Shown in pieces: positions 37,746 through 47,912 of a stretch of DNA of 64,000 nucleotides. Both the position numbers and the translations under genes were made by a program. Position 1 is the stretch's first letter. The number at the start of each line of letters is the position of its first letter. Location: contig OZ220733.1 in NCBI GenBank assembly GCA_965116875.1, positions 2,752,001 through 2,816,000 of the forward strand, given 5' to 3'. The stretch comes from Candidatus Latescibacterota bacterium (GTDB lineage Bacteria; Latescibacterota; UBA2968; GCA-2709665). The notes below the pieces were generated by a model that worked only from the letters and a program-made list of their open reading frames with translations, was not told the DNA's origin and searched no databases.

Positions 37746-39017
37746 GTGGCCGTTCTGCAGACGGAGTTATTCGACCGCACCGATACGTCAATACGACCCC
37801 TGTCGTATGAAGAGTTTCTTGGCGATATCGTGCGTTTCGACGACTTTCACAAAGAAACGTCGGTCCTGGAATTCCCGGATCCGGAGTTCGACATTCCCGT
37901 CTGCGTCAATGAATTCTGGACGTCGCGACAGAGGGCCGCTCACTCGCTGCACGAGGTCTCGTACCGCGCCTGCTTCAAACCCCAGTTGCCGCGATTTTTC
38001 ATTGAGCGGTTGACCGGTCCGGGTGACGCGGTCTACGATCCCTTCCTGGGTCGCGGGACGACCGCCATTGAGGCGGCATTGCTCGGGCGCGTACCTATTG
38101 GCACGGACGTTAATCCTTTGAGCGAGATACTCGTGGCGCCGCGTCTCGATCCTCCTCCCCTTGCGGCGGTTTCCAAACGCTTGAGCGAACTGCCTCTTGA
38201 AGGCGACTGCGAGACGCGGGACGACCTGCTGGCGTTCTATCATCCGAATACGCTGCGGCAGATAAATAACCTGCGGAATTACCTGATCGCGAAGGAGCAC
38301 GACGGCGGTCTGGATACGGTTGACCGGTGGATCAGGATGGTGGCGACCAACCGGCTGACGGGGCATTCGCCTGGTTTCTTTTCGGTGTATACGTTGCCCC
38401 CAAACCAGGCTGTAACAGTAAGCCGGCAGCAGGACATCAACCAGCGTCGAAATCAAACTCCGCCGGTGCGTGACATAAGGGAACTGATCCTTAAGAAATC
38501 AAGGTCGCTCCTTGGCAAACTGGAGGAACACGAATCCGAAAGGATGAGAAAGGCTTCTGAAACGGCATTGTTCCTCACCGGTTCATCGGACAGTACCCCC
38601 GGGATTGAGAGCGGTTCGGTCAGCCTCGTCGTCACGTCGCCGCCGTTTCTGGACGTGGTGGATTACCAGACGGACAACTGGCTGCGTTGCTGGTTCAATG
38701 GTATCGACCCGATGAACGTGGAGGTATGGCACTTCAATAGGCCGCAGGAATGGCAGGCGGCCATGGCGAGCGTATTCGTCGAACTCAGGCGAGTGCTTGA
38801 ACCGGGGGGATATGTCGCTTTTGAGGTCGGGGAAGTCCGCGGCGGGAGAATCCTTCTGGAATCGCTCGTCGTGCCTGCGGCGGCGCAAGCGGGGCTGGAA
38901 CCACTCATGGTCCTGGTAAACGACCAGATCTTCACCAAGACGTCGAACTGCTGGGGCGTGGATAACATCAAGAAGGGAACCAATACCAACCGTATCGTCT
39001 TGCTGAGAAAGTCATAG
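37746..39017 (+). CDS. Orphan amino-DNA methyltransferase (N4-cytosine/N6-adenine type)
   Basis: VYDPFLGRGTT (motif I) precedes LVVTSPPF (motif IV); ELRRVLEPGG. GGAGGA SD. Confidence 0.85.
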   Translation: MAVLQTELFDRTDTSIRPLSYEEFLGDIVRFDDFHKETSVLEFPDPEFDIPVCVNEFWTSRQRAAHSLHEVSYRACFKPQLPRFFIERLTGPGDAVYDPFLGRGTTAIEAALLGRVPIGTDVNPLSEILVAPRLDPPPLAAVSKRLSELPLEGDCETRDDLLAFYHPNTLRQINNLRNYLIAKEHDGGLDTVDRWIRMVATNRLTGHSPGFFSVYTLPPNQAVTVSRQQDINQRRNQTPPVRDIRELILKKSRSLLGKLEEHESERMRKASETALFLTGSSDSTPGIESGSVSLVVTSPPFLDVVDYQTDNWLRCWFNGIDPMNVEVWHFNRPQEWQAAMASVFVELRRVLEPGGYVAFEVGEVRGGRILLESLVVPAAAQAGLEPLMVLVNDQIFTKTSNCWGVDNIKKGTNTNRIVLLRKS

Positions 39018-39158
39018 GGATTGGCTGTCGAATTCAGCGGTCACCAGGTTTAGACGCGCTGCAATCGGCAGTCTCAGGTGAGAATCGGCGCCAATGTTCG
39101 ATATACGGCCTGAGTTGAACCCATTTACGCCAACCTTCCGTGGAGAGGAATGTGCCGG

Positions 39159-41210
39159 ATGACTGCGAGAGAGCGTATCGTATCAATTGCCACGTTGGCG
39201 TTTCTGTTGTTCATCGTTTCTTTGGCCGCGGATTCGAACGCGTTTGCCGACTCCATGACGTTACAGAGACCCAAGGCCAATTCTCACGGCCACGTCGCCA
39301 CGTCTCTTCCGGATTTCGATGGCGACGGGACGGTTGGCTTCGGTGACTTTTTGCTGTTTGCAGAAAACTTCGGACTGAGTCACGGCGATGATGGATATGA
39401 TGCGCGGTTCGATCTGAATGGGGATTGGGAAGTCGGATTTTCGGATTTTGTGATCTTTTCACGGAACTTCGGACGGGACGGGTCTACCGATAAGCTGCAG
39501 CCCTGGGATCTTTCGAAGATTGTGGTCATCGACTCCGTGCGGTCGGCGCCCGTGGGTACCCCTGTGTTCCTCCGGACCGAATTCGCCAATGGCGAACTCG
39601 TCGACCTGGAGATGAGATTCATCGAGGTGGTGGATGATTTCATGCCTCCGATGCCGGTGTACATGGTCGAGGCATCCGATTCTGTCCTGGTAAGCCTGGG
39701 AGGCATCTCCAGGGGCATGAGCGGCTCCCCCGTATTTACGGAAGAAGGCACCTGGGGTGCGATTGCCTTCGGATTCAACTCACAGGACAGCCCGCCCTAT
39801 TATTTTTTCGCCACGCCCATCGAATGGGTGATCGGGAAAAAGGGGACGGTACCCCTGGCCAAACGCGCAGCGGAATGGAACGACAGCCGCGTCGTACCCC
39901 TGGACATCCCGCTTCTGAGTACCGGTCTCAACCGTGTCGAGCTACGGCCGGAAGGAAGTCCGTCTCTCCTGAGCAACGCCGTTGCCGCGGGTCTGACGCG
40001 TCAGCGCCAGACCAGCTTCGCGCCCGGCAGACCCCTGGCGGTCGCGTTGCTTCTGGGCGAACTGACGTTCGCCGGCCTGGGGACCATCTCCTTCGTGGAC
40101 GGCGACCGGGTCTATGGATTCGGACATTCGATGTCGGACGCCGGACCCGTGGCGCTTCCGATCATTGAGGCGAAGGTGCTCGGGGAAATATCCAGTGTGT
40201 CGGCGCCGTTTAAATTCGCAGCGCTGAACCCCACCGTGCGGGGTACGCTTACGGAAGACCGGCTGCCGGGTGTCCGGGGCGTACTGGACGACGGACCGGA
40301 CCTGGTGCCCATCAGAAGCGTATACGCCTTTCCATCGGGCGGCGAAGTTGAACTCCTGCATACGATGCCCACGATCGGCCTGACCTCTAATACCTCGGTC
40401 GAACTTGTCGCCAACGCGTTCTTCAGGCCGCTATCCAACCGGGTGGAGTTGGATCCCGATCACAGTATCCGCGTTACCGTGGACGTTTCCTTCGACGGTA
40501 CCGATTCCACGCTCTCACGCACGCGACTCTACGCCTCGCCGGAAGGACACCTGGCCTCTCTGATCCATACTGCGTTCGCCGATATGTCCTTTACGCTCGC
40601 CGGTCTGGTGACGAGGGCCGATTATGCATTGCAGGTTTCCGATGCGGGGGTTCGCGTCGAAGTGATTTCAGAGCCCCGATTCGCCCAGATCGTCGGAGTA
40701 ACCGCGGACACGGTTATGAGTGCCGGGGACTCGTTGGCCGTTACCGCATCACTGCGAGTGGGGCGCCGGATTGACCGTGAGATCGACCTGGGGCTCAGCC
40801 TTCCCGATACGTTTCCTGCAGGTATCTACCGTCTTGAAGCGAGTTCGGCTGCCGCGTTGGAAGACGACGCTTCGGGTGGAGACGGACCGCCATTGTTGGG
40901 CTTTTTCGGACCCTCCAATGGATTCGACGGCAATGAGACGCTCGAAGAAGCATTTTCAAGGGCCAATGCCAGGGACGACAATGTCGCAATAAAGGCGCGG
41001 TTGACGTTCGCCATGTCTCTCGAAGCAGTCGCCGACTCGACTGTTGCGCCCGGTGCGGGGTTCATCGGCGCATTGACCGGTGGGCTGGTGGGAGAGGGAA
41101 TTCCGCCCCCGGGTCCGACGCCGACTGTTTCCGCACAGAAGGACGTCGATCTCTTTCTGGATGGCTCAGCCAGCCTGAGCGTAAGGGTCCACGCACCGCC
41201 GGATCCGTGA
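39159..41210 (+). CDS. Secreted SpoIVB/S55-like serine peptidase with N-terminal dockerin-like paired EF-hand, copy 1
   Basis: Signal peptide, DFDGDGTVGFGDF..DLNGDWEVGFSDF, GGISRGMSGSPV, ATPIE, GTISF..VYGFGHS. Confidence 0.8.
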   Translation: MTARERIVSIATLAFLLFIVSLAADSNAFADSMTLQRPKANSHGHVATSLPDFDGDGTVGFGDFLLFAENFGLSHGDDGYDARFDLNGDWEVGFSDFVIFSRNFGRDGSTDKLQPWDLSKIVVIDSVRSAPVGTPVFLRTEFANGELVDLEMRFIEVVDDFMPPMPVYMVEASDSVLVSLGGISRGMSGSPVFTEEGTWGAIAFGFNSQDSPPYYFFATPIEWVIGKKGTVPLAKRAAEWNDSRVVPLDIPLLSTGLNRVELRPEGSPSLLSNAVAAGLTRQRQTSFAPGRPLAVALLLGELTFAGLGTISFVDGDRVYGFGHSMSDAGPVALPIIEAKVLGEISSVSAPFKFAALNPTVRGTLTEDRLPGVRGVLDDGPDLVPIRSVYAFPSGGEVELLHTMPTIGLTSNTSVELVANAFFRPLSNRVELDPDHSIRVTVDVSFDGTDSTLSRTRLYASPEGHLASLIHTAFADMSFTLAGLVTRADYALQVSDAGVRVEVISEPRFAQIVGVTADTVMSAGDSLAVTASLRVGRRIDREIDLGLSLPDTFPAGIYRLEASSAAALEDDASGGDGPPLLGFFGPSNGFDGNETLEEAFSRANARDDNVAIKARLTFAMSLEAVADSTVAPGAGFIGALTGGLVGEGIPPPGPTPTVSAQKDVDLFLDGSASLSVRVHAPPDP

Positions 41211-41476
41211 TTTGCAGGACGTTGAACTGGCGGGGCGTGGAATACCTCAAGACCGGATTCAATACCAACAGGATCGTACTATTGAGAAAACTCTGAGGAT
41301 TGCCATCTGTCACGAAAAAGAATAAGGGAGATCATATGACCCACTGACACCATTCTTGACAGCGAATCAAGACAAGCCCTTTGGACTCTCGAATGGGCTG
41401 AAATACCGACAGCAAGTCTACTACGCAACTCGATTTATCCGCGTTAACGCTAACCAGCCGGGGTAAGGACCGCTTT

Positions 41477-43444
41477 ATGACATCAAGGGAGAAATTTGCT
41501 TTTGCTTGCATTGTAGCGTCGCTGGCATTCGTTTCATTCATCGCCGCGGGCCTGGACGCGCATGCCGATCCTACGACATTGCAAGAGGGGACCGTCAATT
41601 CCGACGACGAAGACACGACATTCCTGCCGGATTTTGACGGCGACGGGACGGTCGATTTCAACGATTTTTCGCAGTTCGCGTCAAAATTCGGACGAAGGCA
41701 AGGCGATGACGACTTTGAGGCCCGGTTCGACCTGGATGGAGACGGGGAGATTGGGTTTTCTGACTTTGTGTCGTTTTCGCAAAATTTCGGGAAGGACTTT
41801 TCTTACGGGATGCTCCTGCCCTGGGATCTTTCCAGAATCGTGCCGATCGACTCAGTCAGGTCCACGCCGGTCGGTACGCGTGTCTTCATGCGGACCGAAT
41901 TCGACAAAGGCCGACTCGTCGACCTGGAGATGACGTTCATCCAGGTGGTGGACGATTTCCTGCCGCCCATGCCGGTCTATATGGTGGAAGCTTCCGATTC
42001 CGTGCTGGTGGCTCTGGGAGGCATCGCCAAGGGGATGAGCGGTTCCCCGATTTTTTCGCCGCAGGGCGTCTGGGGGGCGATCGCCTACGGTTTTAACGCA
42101 CAGGACAGCCCGCCCTACTACTTTTTCGCCACGCCCATCGAATGGGTCATCGGAGACAGGGGCACGGTTCCACTGGCCAAACGCGCGGCCGCGTGGGGCG
42201 AAAACAGTATCGTGCCCCTGGACGTGCCGCTGTTGAGCACCGGCCTTAACGGTCATCAGATTCTTCCCGAAGAGAGCCCGTCGCCCCTGAGCCACGCGGT
42301 CGCCGCCGGTCTGACAACACTGCGCCAGACGAGTTTTGCGCCCGGCAGACCGCTTGCGGTGGGTTTGCTGCTGGGCGAACTGACGCTCGGCGCCTTCGGG
42401 ACCATCTCCTTCCTGGACGGCGACAGGGTCTACGGATTCGGACATTCCATGGATGACGCCGGCCCGATCTCGCTGCCAATCATCGAGGCAGTGGTTCTGG
42501 GAGAAATCTCGAGTTTGTCGGCGCCGTACAAATTCGTGACGCTGAACCCGACGGTACGGGGAACGCTCACCGAAGACCGCATTCCCGCGGTGCGGGGAAT
42601 ACTCGGCGAAGAGCCGGAGCTTGCACCGATCCGAAGCGTGTATTCGTTTCCTTCCGGCGGAAAAGTTGAGCTACTTCATACGATGCCCACCGTTGGAGTC
42701 AGCCCGGATATGTCTGTCGATCTGGTCGTGCGTGGGTTTTTCAGACCGCTCCTGGGCAGGGTTGAGAACGATCCGGACCACAGCATCCGCGTAACGTCGA
42801 ATGTCTCATTCGACGTTACCGATTCCACGCTGACGCGAACCCGTCTCTTCGCCTCCCCGGAAGGACGGTTGTTTTCCCTGATCAGAAATGCGACCTCGGA
42901 CCTGTCCGTCTCGCTCGGCCGGTTGATGGGGAGGGACGACTACGCTTTGCAGGTGACGGAAGCCGGGGTCGACGTAGAGCTGATCGCAGAGCCCCGATAC
43001 GCCAGGATCCTCGAAGTGAACGCGGACACGGTCGCCAGCCCCGGGGACACGCTGGACGTTACCGCGTCGTTGCGGGTTGGGCGGCGGATCGATCGGGAGA
43101 TCGATCTGAGACTCGGCGTTCCCGAACAATTCCCCCCCGGTGTCTACAGTCTGGTCCTGGGTTCGGCCGCGGAGCTGGCGGCGGGCGGCGGACCGGGTTT
43201 CGGCCGATTCCCAATCCGGCAGACGCTGGAAGAAGCGATCGACGAGGTCAACAGCGCGGATCACAACGTCGTGCTGGAAGCCATGCTGACGTTCGATATG
43301 CCCTTCGGATCGCCCGGAGGTCAGGGACGTCCACCCGGTCAGGGGGGTGGCCCGCGGCCGTCCACCTCGGTACAGAAGGACGTCGATCTGGTCCTGCGTG
43401 GGCTGGAGAGCGTGTCCGTAAAGATCGTTGTACCGGCGGAGTAG
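41477..43444 (+). CDS. Secreted SpoIVB/S55-like serine peptidase with dockerin-like paired EF-hand, copy 2 (tandem paralog)
   Basis: DFDGDGTVDFNDF..DLDGDGEIGFSDF, GGIAKGMSGSPI, VYGFGHS. Long identical peptide blocks shared with copy 1. Confidence 0.8.
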   Translation: MTSREKFAFACIVASLAFVSFIAAGLDAHADPTTLQEGTVNSDDEDTTFLPDFDGDGTVDFNDFSQFASKFGRRQGDDDFEARFDLDGDGEIGFSDFVSFSQNFGKDFSYGMLLPWDLSRIVPIDSVRSTPVGTRVFMRTEFDKGRLVDLEMTFIQVVDDFLPPMPVYMVEASDSVLVALGGIAKGMSGSPIFSPQGVWGAIAYGFNAQDSPPYYFFATPIEWVIGDRGTVPLAKRAAAWGENSIVPLDVPLLSTGLNGHQILPEESPSPLSHAVAAGLTTLRQTSFAPGRPLAVGLLLGELTLGAFGTISFLDGDRVYGFGHSMDDAGPISLPIIEAVVLGEISSLSAPYKFVTLNPTVRGTLTEDRIPAVRGILGEEPELAPIRSVYSFPSGGKVELLHTMPTVGVSPDMSVDLVVRGFFRPLLGRVENDPDHSIRVTSNVSFDVTDSTLTRTRLFASPEGRLFSLIRNATSDLSVSLGRLMGRDDYALQVTEAGVDVELIAEPRYARILEVNADTVASPGDTLDVTASLRVGRRIDREIDLRLGVPEQFPPGVYSLVLGSAAELAAGGGPGFGRFPIRQTLEEAIDEVNSADHNVVLEAMLTFDMPFGSPGGQGRPPGQGGGPRPSTSVQKDVDLVLRGLESVSVKIVVPAE

Positions 43445-43448
43445 TGAT

Positions 43449-44495
43449 ATGGAGGACGTTGATATCCTGAATAACGACATAGGGATTGGAATTATCGGCG
43501 GCGGGAAAGCGGGGCGGAATTTTGCCCTGGCCATCCGGTCGTGCGCGGGCGCCGAGGTGCGAATGTTCTGCACGCGGAACGAGGACTCGGCACGGGCGGC
43601 GGCGGAATCATGTGGTGTTCCAGGATGGACCGCCAGCTATCCCGAGATGTTGCGGGATCCGGATATCCACGCGGTCATTGTCGCCACGCCCGATGAGTTT
43701 CACTGCGAGCACACGGTCCTGGCCGCCGGGGCGAAAAAACACGTGCTGTGCGAGAAGCCGATGTGCCGCTCTCCCGAAGAGGCCGATCAGATGATCCGGA
43801 AGACGCGGGAGAACGGCGTAATCCTGATGGTGGGGTTCACCGAACGGTACAGCCACCCGTGTATGGAAGCCAGGAGGCGGATCGATGCAGGCGAGATCGG
43901 CACGCCCCGGATGATGCTCGCCAGGAGGTGCCATCCGCATTCCGTGCTGAGAGGCCGGGCGTGGGTGAACGACGAGGAGACCGGCGGGGTCCTGAACTAT
44001 GCCGGACCGCACAATATCGACCTGATCTGCTGGCTGATGGGCGGGCCTCCCGAGCGCGTGTACGCGGAGATGGGACAGCTCATCCTGAAAGACCAGGACT
44101 TCACGGATTGCGCGGTGATGACGTTCAGGTTCCCCAACGGGTCCATCGCGACGCTCTACGAGACCTTTGCATACCCGGGGACCTATCCCCATGGCGTGGA
44201 CCGGAACATCGAGATTCTGGGAGACCGGGGCGTCCTGCACGTGGATTTCATGTCCCAGCCCCTGAAGGCGTTTACGGATTCCGGCTACCAGGTGGCCGAT
44301 TCGGTGACGTGGCCGATGGGGGAACGGGGCATCCAGGGAACGCTGCAGGCCGAAGTCGAGCATTTCATCGGATGCGTACGAGAGGGAAAAACGCCGCTGA
44401 CAACGGGCGAAGACGGCAAACTGGCCATGAGAATCGCACTTGCGGCAAGAGAGGCGGCCAGTTCCGGCAAGGCAATACCAATCCAGGACGCGTAA
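43449..44495 (+). CDS. Gfo/Idh/MocA family oxidoreductase
   Basis: GIIGGGKAG, VATPDEFH, KHVLCEKP, GGVLNYAGPHNIDL. Confidence 0.92.
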   Translation: MEDVDILNNDIGIGIIGGGKAGRNFALAIRSCAGAEVRMFCTRNEDSARAAAESCGVPGWTASYPEMLRDPDIHAVIVATPDEFHCEHTVLAAGAKKHVLCEKPMCRSPEEADQMIRKTRENGVILMVGFTERYSHPCMEARRRIDAGEIGTPRMMLARRCHPHSVLRGRAWVNDEETGGVLNYAGPHNIDLICWLMGGPPERVYAEMGQLILKDQDFTDCAVMTFRFPNGSIATLYETFAYPGTYPHGVDRNIEILGDRGVLHVDFMSQPLKAFTDSGYQVADSVTWPMGERGIQGTLQAEVEHFIGCVREGKTPLTTGEDGKLAMRIALAAREAASSGKAIPIQDA

Positions 44496-44526
44496 GTGAA
44501 TCGCTGGAATGCGCTCGGAGGTGAAG

Positions 44527-47500
44527 ATGATGTTGCCTGTCGTGCAGGATGCGCCGGTCCCGCGGCCGGGACGGTCCATCTGGTACACGGTGGATGCGAT
44601 TCGGAGGGCGCGGGAGAATATCCGTACCCATGCGTGGGCAGAAAGAGAGTGGGCGCGTATCAGCGCGGTTGCGGAGAAGTGGGTTCGGATGACTGACGAC
44701 CAGATACACGCACTGGTACCGGCCCGGGGGTCGATTTTCTGCAGCGGGCGGAACGGGAGCCCCTGCTGCAAGGCGGCCTGGCGGTGCGACGTGTCGCAGC
44801 CCGAAAAGGCGTACTGCGAGGCGTGTGGAAGGGAGTATCCCGAGACTCGCAAGGGGTCTCCGTTTCGGGACGAAGGACACGGTTTCTATTACGAGGGGAA
44901 ATGGTTTGCGCCGGTGCCCGTGTGGAACAGCTTTATTGTCAGTATGCTGAGTACCTATTCGTACGGGTCGGGCGGCCCCACGGATAACGCACTGTTGAAT
45001 CTGGCACTGGCCTACGCGATTACGGGCGAGACCCGATTCGGTGAAAAGGCGCTGTTCATTTACGATGCGCTGGCCACACTGGCGCCCACAACGATCGGTC
45101 CGCTGGATATTCCCGAGGGTCAGGAGCGGGAGATGGGTCGCATGCACGCGGAAACCTGCCACGTCAACCGGCAGCGCTTCGTGGACATGCAGGCGTACGA
45201 CCTGATCTCCGGTCTTCCGGCAATGGACGAGGTTTCGCCCTCGCGGGAGAACGGGCGCACAAGCATCCGGGAGAATATCGCCGGGGGGATGCTGGAAGAC
45301 TACGTGATGACGGAGGGCGGCGGGTACAATCTGCGCGAAGGAAATCTCACGCACTTCCAGAATCACGAACTGGACGGATTCCGGGCGCTGCTGTCCATCG
45401 GACTGGCGACGGACAGGCCCGATTTCATCACGTGGGCGGGCAGCGCGTTCCGGTCCTTTCTGGACAACGTGATCGGCCGGGACGGGGGGTACTACGAGAA
45501 CTCCGAGATGTACGCGTACTTCTCCGGTACGCTGATGCAGGACGTGGCGGAGTTGATGTACCACTACGATCCCGCCAGGTACGCGTCGTCCGAAGAATAC
45601 CCGAGGGCGGAAACGCTGATGGGGATCAGAAACGCATTCGATCACCCCCGCCTCGTCCGGCTGTGCCTGGAATACCCGGAGCTGACGCGGGCGTGCGGGC
45701 GCATCCCGTCTTATGGAAACACGAACGCGCTCCCGGGTTACCGGCCGCCTTCGGAACGGCAGGTGATGCCCTCGCAATGGTCTCTGCTGGAGCGGCTCTA
45801 CACTCGGAGTGACGACGCCGGAACGAGGCTCCGGGCGAAGGAACTGATGCTGGACCTGTCGGACGGCGCGGCGGAAAACGTCCGCAACGGCGCCTGGGCG
45901 CTGTTCAATTCGGAACCCGGGCCTGCCGGGGAAGGGCGGGCCGGTCCGCAATCCGCCTCTTCGTTCGCCGGTCACAAGGGCGTGGTGGTACTCCGCAGCG
46001 GCGCCGGCGACCGGTCGCGGGCGCTGGTTGTGCGGGGGGGCGCGAATCTGCTCTCACAGGACGACCAGTTGGCGGTTTTCCTGTACGACAGGGGCAGGAC
46101 GGTCATCGAAGACGTGGGGTACGCACTGGCCGGTTCGCAGGTGCACAAAGGATGGGGCATGCGGGCGATCTCCCACGCGATGGTGACGGTGGACGAGGAC
46201 ATTCCCACGTCCCAGGGCTACGAATTCGTACCGAGTGCGGACCTGGTCGCCTTCGAGGACCTGGGCGACGTGAAGGTGGCGGAATATTCGGCGCCGCTTT
46301 CACGCGTTCACCAGGGCGCAACCGGGTACCGCCGGGCGCTGGTCTTCTGCGACGTGGATGAGGCAACGTCCTATACGCTGGACCTGTTCCTGGTGGCCGG
46401 GGGGCGCATCCACGACTACGCGATGAACGGGCCCAGGTTCTTCGAAGAGGACTCCGGGTCGTATTCGCTGGAAGGCGTCTCGCCCCGGGCCGTCCCGGGG
46501 GTCTGGACACTTGCGGCGCTGGGGACGATGGACGGCTCCGAGGAGGCGAACGCGCCAGGCAGGAGTTGGGGGGAGCGGATCGGCCCGAACGACCGCATTC
46601 AGGGCGTGGCCGCCCCGGATGGAAGCCCGTTGCCCTACGGGTGGCTGCCGCCCCCCGGGAACGGGTACGCGTTCATCCACGACGTCAGGACCGCCCCGCT
46701 GGATCGCGACGCGTACGCTCGCTGGCGGTTCGGAGATGCGCGGGATACCCGGTTCGGCGTCTGGTTTCCCGCCGATCCTTCAGCGACGCTGGTGGCAGCG
46801 AAGGGTCCCGATCTGCGAGGCGCGCAGCAGATCCACCGTCTGATCGTTCGGAGGGAAGGCGAGAACCTGAAGAGCCTCTTCGTCAGTGTATTCGAGGCTC
46901 ATTCCGGGTCGCGCAGCGTGACGGGCGTAAAGGTGCTTGCGCGAGAGGAGGAAGCAGGGAGCGCGGCCGTGCGGGTCGAACTGGCGGACGGCCGGCGGGA
47001 CACGCATCTGTTTTCAAGGTCCGGCCGGATGGAACTGCGTGACGGCGACGGGGTACCGATCGCGCTTGAGGGACGGTTCGGCGTTGTTCGCGAACGGAAC
47101 GGCGAGGCGGCGCTTCACCTCGTGGAAGGGACGAGACTGCGGTATGGGAGCACCGAAACGCGGCTCTCCCGGGCGGTCTTCGACGCACGAATCATGGAGC
47201 TGGACGCCGATGGGGAATCCGTCACGATCGACCGGAGTCTCCCGGACGGTTTGCCGCTGGACGGGCGCCTGTGCCGGGTGGAATCGGGCGAGGCGGAAAC
47301 GCCCTATTCTCACGGCTCCGCATATCGGATTGCCGCCGCGGAGGACGGGAGGAACGCCCGTCTCCTCCTGCAGCACGGCGATCCCCGGCTGGTGAGAGGC
47401 AAGATTGTCTCGGTCGAGCCCCCGGACGTTCTGGTCTGCGACGTGCCGCTCGCGTTTGCATGGGGGTTCAACAACAGTGGGGACAAGGGTGAATACAGGG

Positions 47501-47691
47501 GAAAGCAGTTGCGTACGGAGGACGGCGCCTTCGCGTCGCGAATCGTCGAACTGCTTGCATTCAAGAAGATCCGGCTGGAAACTGTGGCAGGACTGCGGGC
47601 GGGGAGCCGGTTCGAAATCCTGGACTTCAAGCCCGGCGATCGGATTTCGATTCCGAATTCCGGCAGCGAATGCCTGGATCGGCGGGGCTGA
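44527..47691 (+). CDS. Large heparinase II/III-like lyase-fold protein with N-terminal Cys-rich (putative Zn-ribbon) insert
   Basis: SPCCKAAWRCD..YCEACGREYP, LALAYAITGE, FQNHEL, DGGYYENSEMY, EDVGY, SHAMVTVDE, YRRALV..DLFLVAGG..HDY. GGAGG SD. Confidence 0.72.
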   Translation: MMLPVVQDAPVPRPGRSIWYTVDAIRRARENIRTHAWAEREWARISAVAEKWVRMTDDQIHALVPARGSIFCSGRNGSPCCKAAWRCDVSQPEKAYCEACGREYPETRKGSPFRDEGHGFYYEGKWFAPVPVWNSFIVSMLSTYSYGSGGPTDNALLNLALAYAITGETRFGEKALFIYDALATLAPTTIGPLDIPEGQEREMGRMHAETCHVNRQRFVDMQAYDLISGLPAMDEVSPSRENGRTSIRENIAGGMLEDYVMTEGGGYNLREGNLTHFQNHELDGFRALLSIGLATDRPDFITWAGSAFRSFLDNVIGRDGGYYENSEMYAYFSGTLMQDVAELMYHYDPARYASSEEYPRAETLMGIRNAFDHPRLVRLCLEYPELTRACGRIPSYGNTNALPGYRPPSERQVMPSQWSLLERLYTRSDDAGTRLRAKELMLDLSDGAAENVRNGAWALFNSEPGPAGEGRAGPQSASSFAGHKGVVVLRSGAGDRSRALVVRGGANLLSQDDQLAVFLYDRGRTVIEDVGYALAGSQVHKGWGMRAISHAMVTVDEDIPTSQGYEFVPSADLVAFEDLGDVKVAEYSAPLSRVHQGATGYRRALVFCDVDEATSYTLDLFLVAGGRIHDYAMNGPRFFEEDSGSYSLEGVSPRAVPGVWTLAALGTMDGSEEANAPGRSWGERIGPNDRIQGVAAPDGSPLPYGWLPPPGNGYAFIHDVRTAPLDRDAYARWRFGDARDTRFGVWFPADPSATLVAAKGPDLRGAQQIHRLIVRREGENLKSLFVSVFEAHSGSRSVTGVKVLAREEEAGSAAVRVELADGRRDTHLFSRSGRMELRDGDGVPIALEGRFGVVRERNGEAALHLVEGTRLRYGSTETRLSRAVFDARIMELDADGESVTIDRSLPDGLPLDGRLCRVESGEAETPYSHGSAYRIAAAEDGRNARLLLQHGDPRLVRGKIVSVEPPDVLVCDVPLAFAWGFNNSGDKGEYRGKQLRTEDGAFASRIVELLAFKKIRLETVAGLRAGSRFEILDFKPGDRISIPNSGSECLDRRG

Positions 47692-47774
47692 AGAACGGTC
47701 AAAAACGGATGGGGGAATGCCGCCGCGAGGCTTGATCACACGGTTCGGAGTTCGGATGTGGAGGCCCTTTCCCC

Positions 47775-47802
47775 TTGAAAATTCGAGATATTTCCATATT
47801 AT
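47775..47802 (+). promoter_or_regulatory. Putative sigma70 promoter upstream of the membrane triad
   Basis: TTGAAA-16 nt-TATTAT, about 110 nt before ATG 47913. Confidence 0.45.
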
Positions 47803-47912
47803 GCGCGGTGTCGTTTCCCCTTTTCCGTTGCAGTCGGGACGGCAGGCCGTCCGGGTGTTGGTACACGTGAGAGTTCAACCCGGTTTCGGCGCCTGAAAAC
47901 CTGGAGAGGGAT

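Noticed and set aside
41356-41390. TTGACA upstream of the second S55 gene as a promoter
   Set aside because: No plausible -10 element at 16-18 nt spacing.
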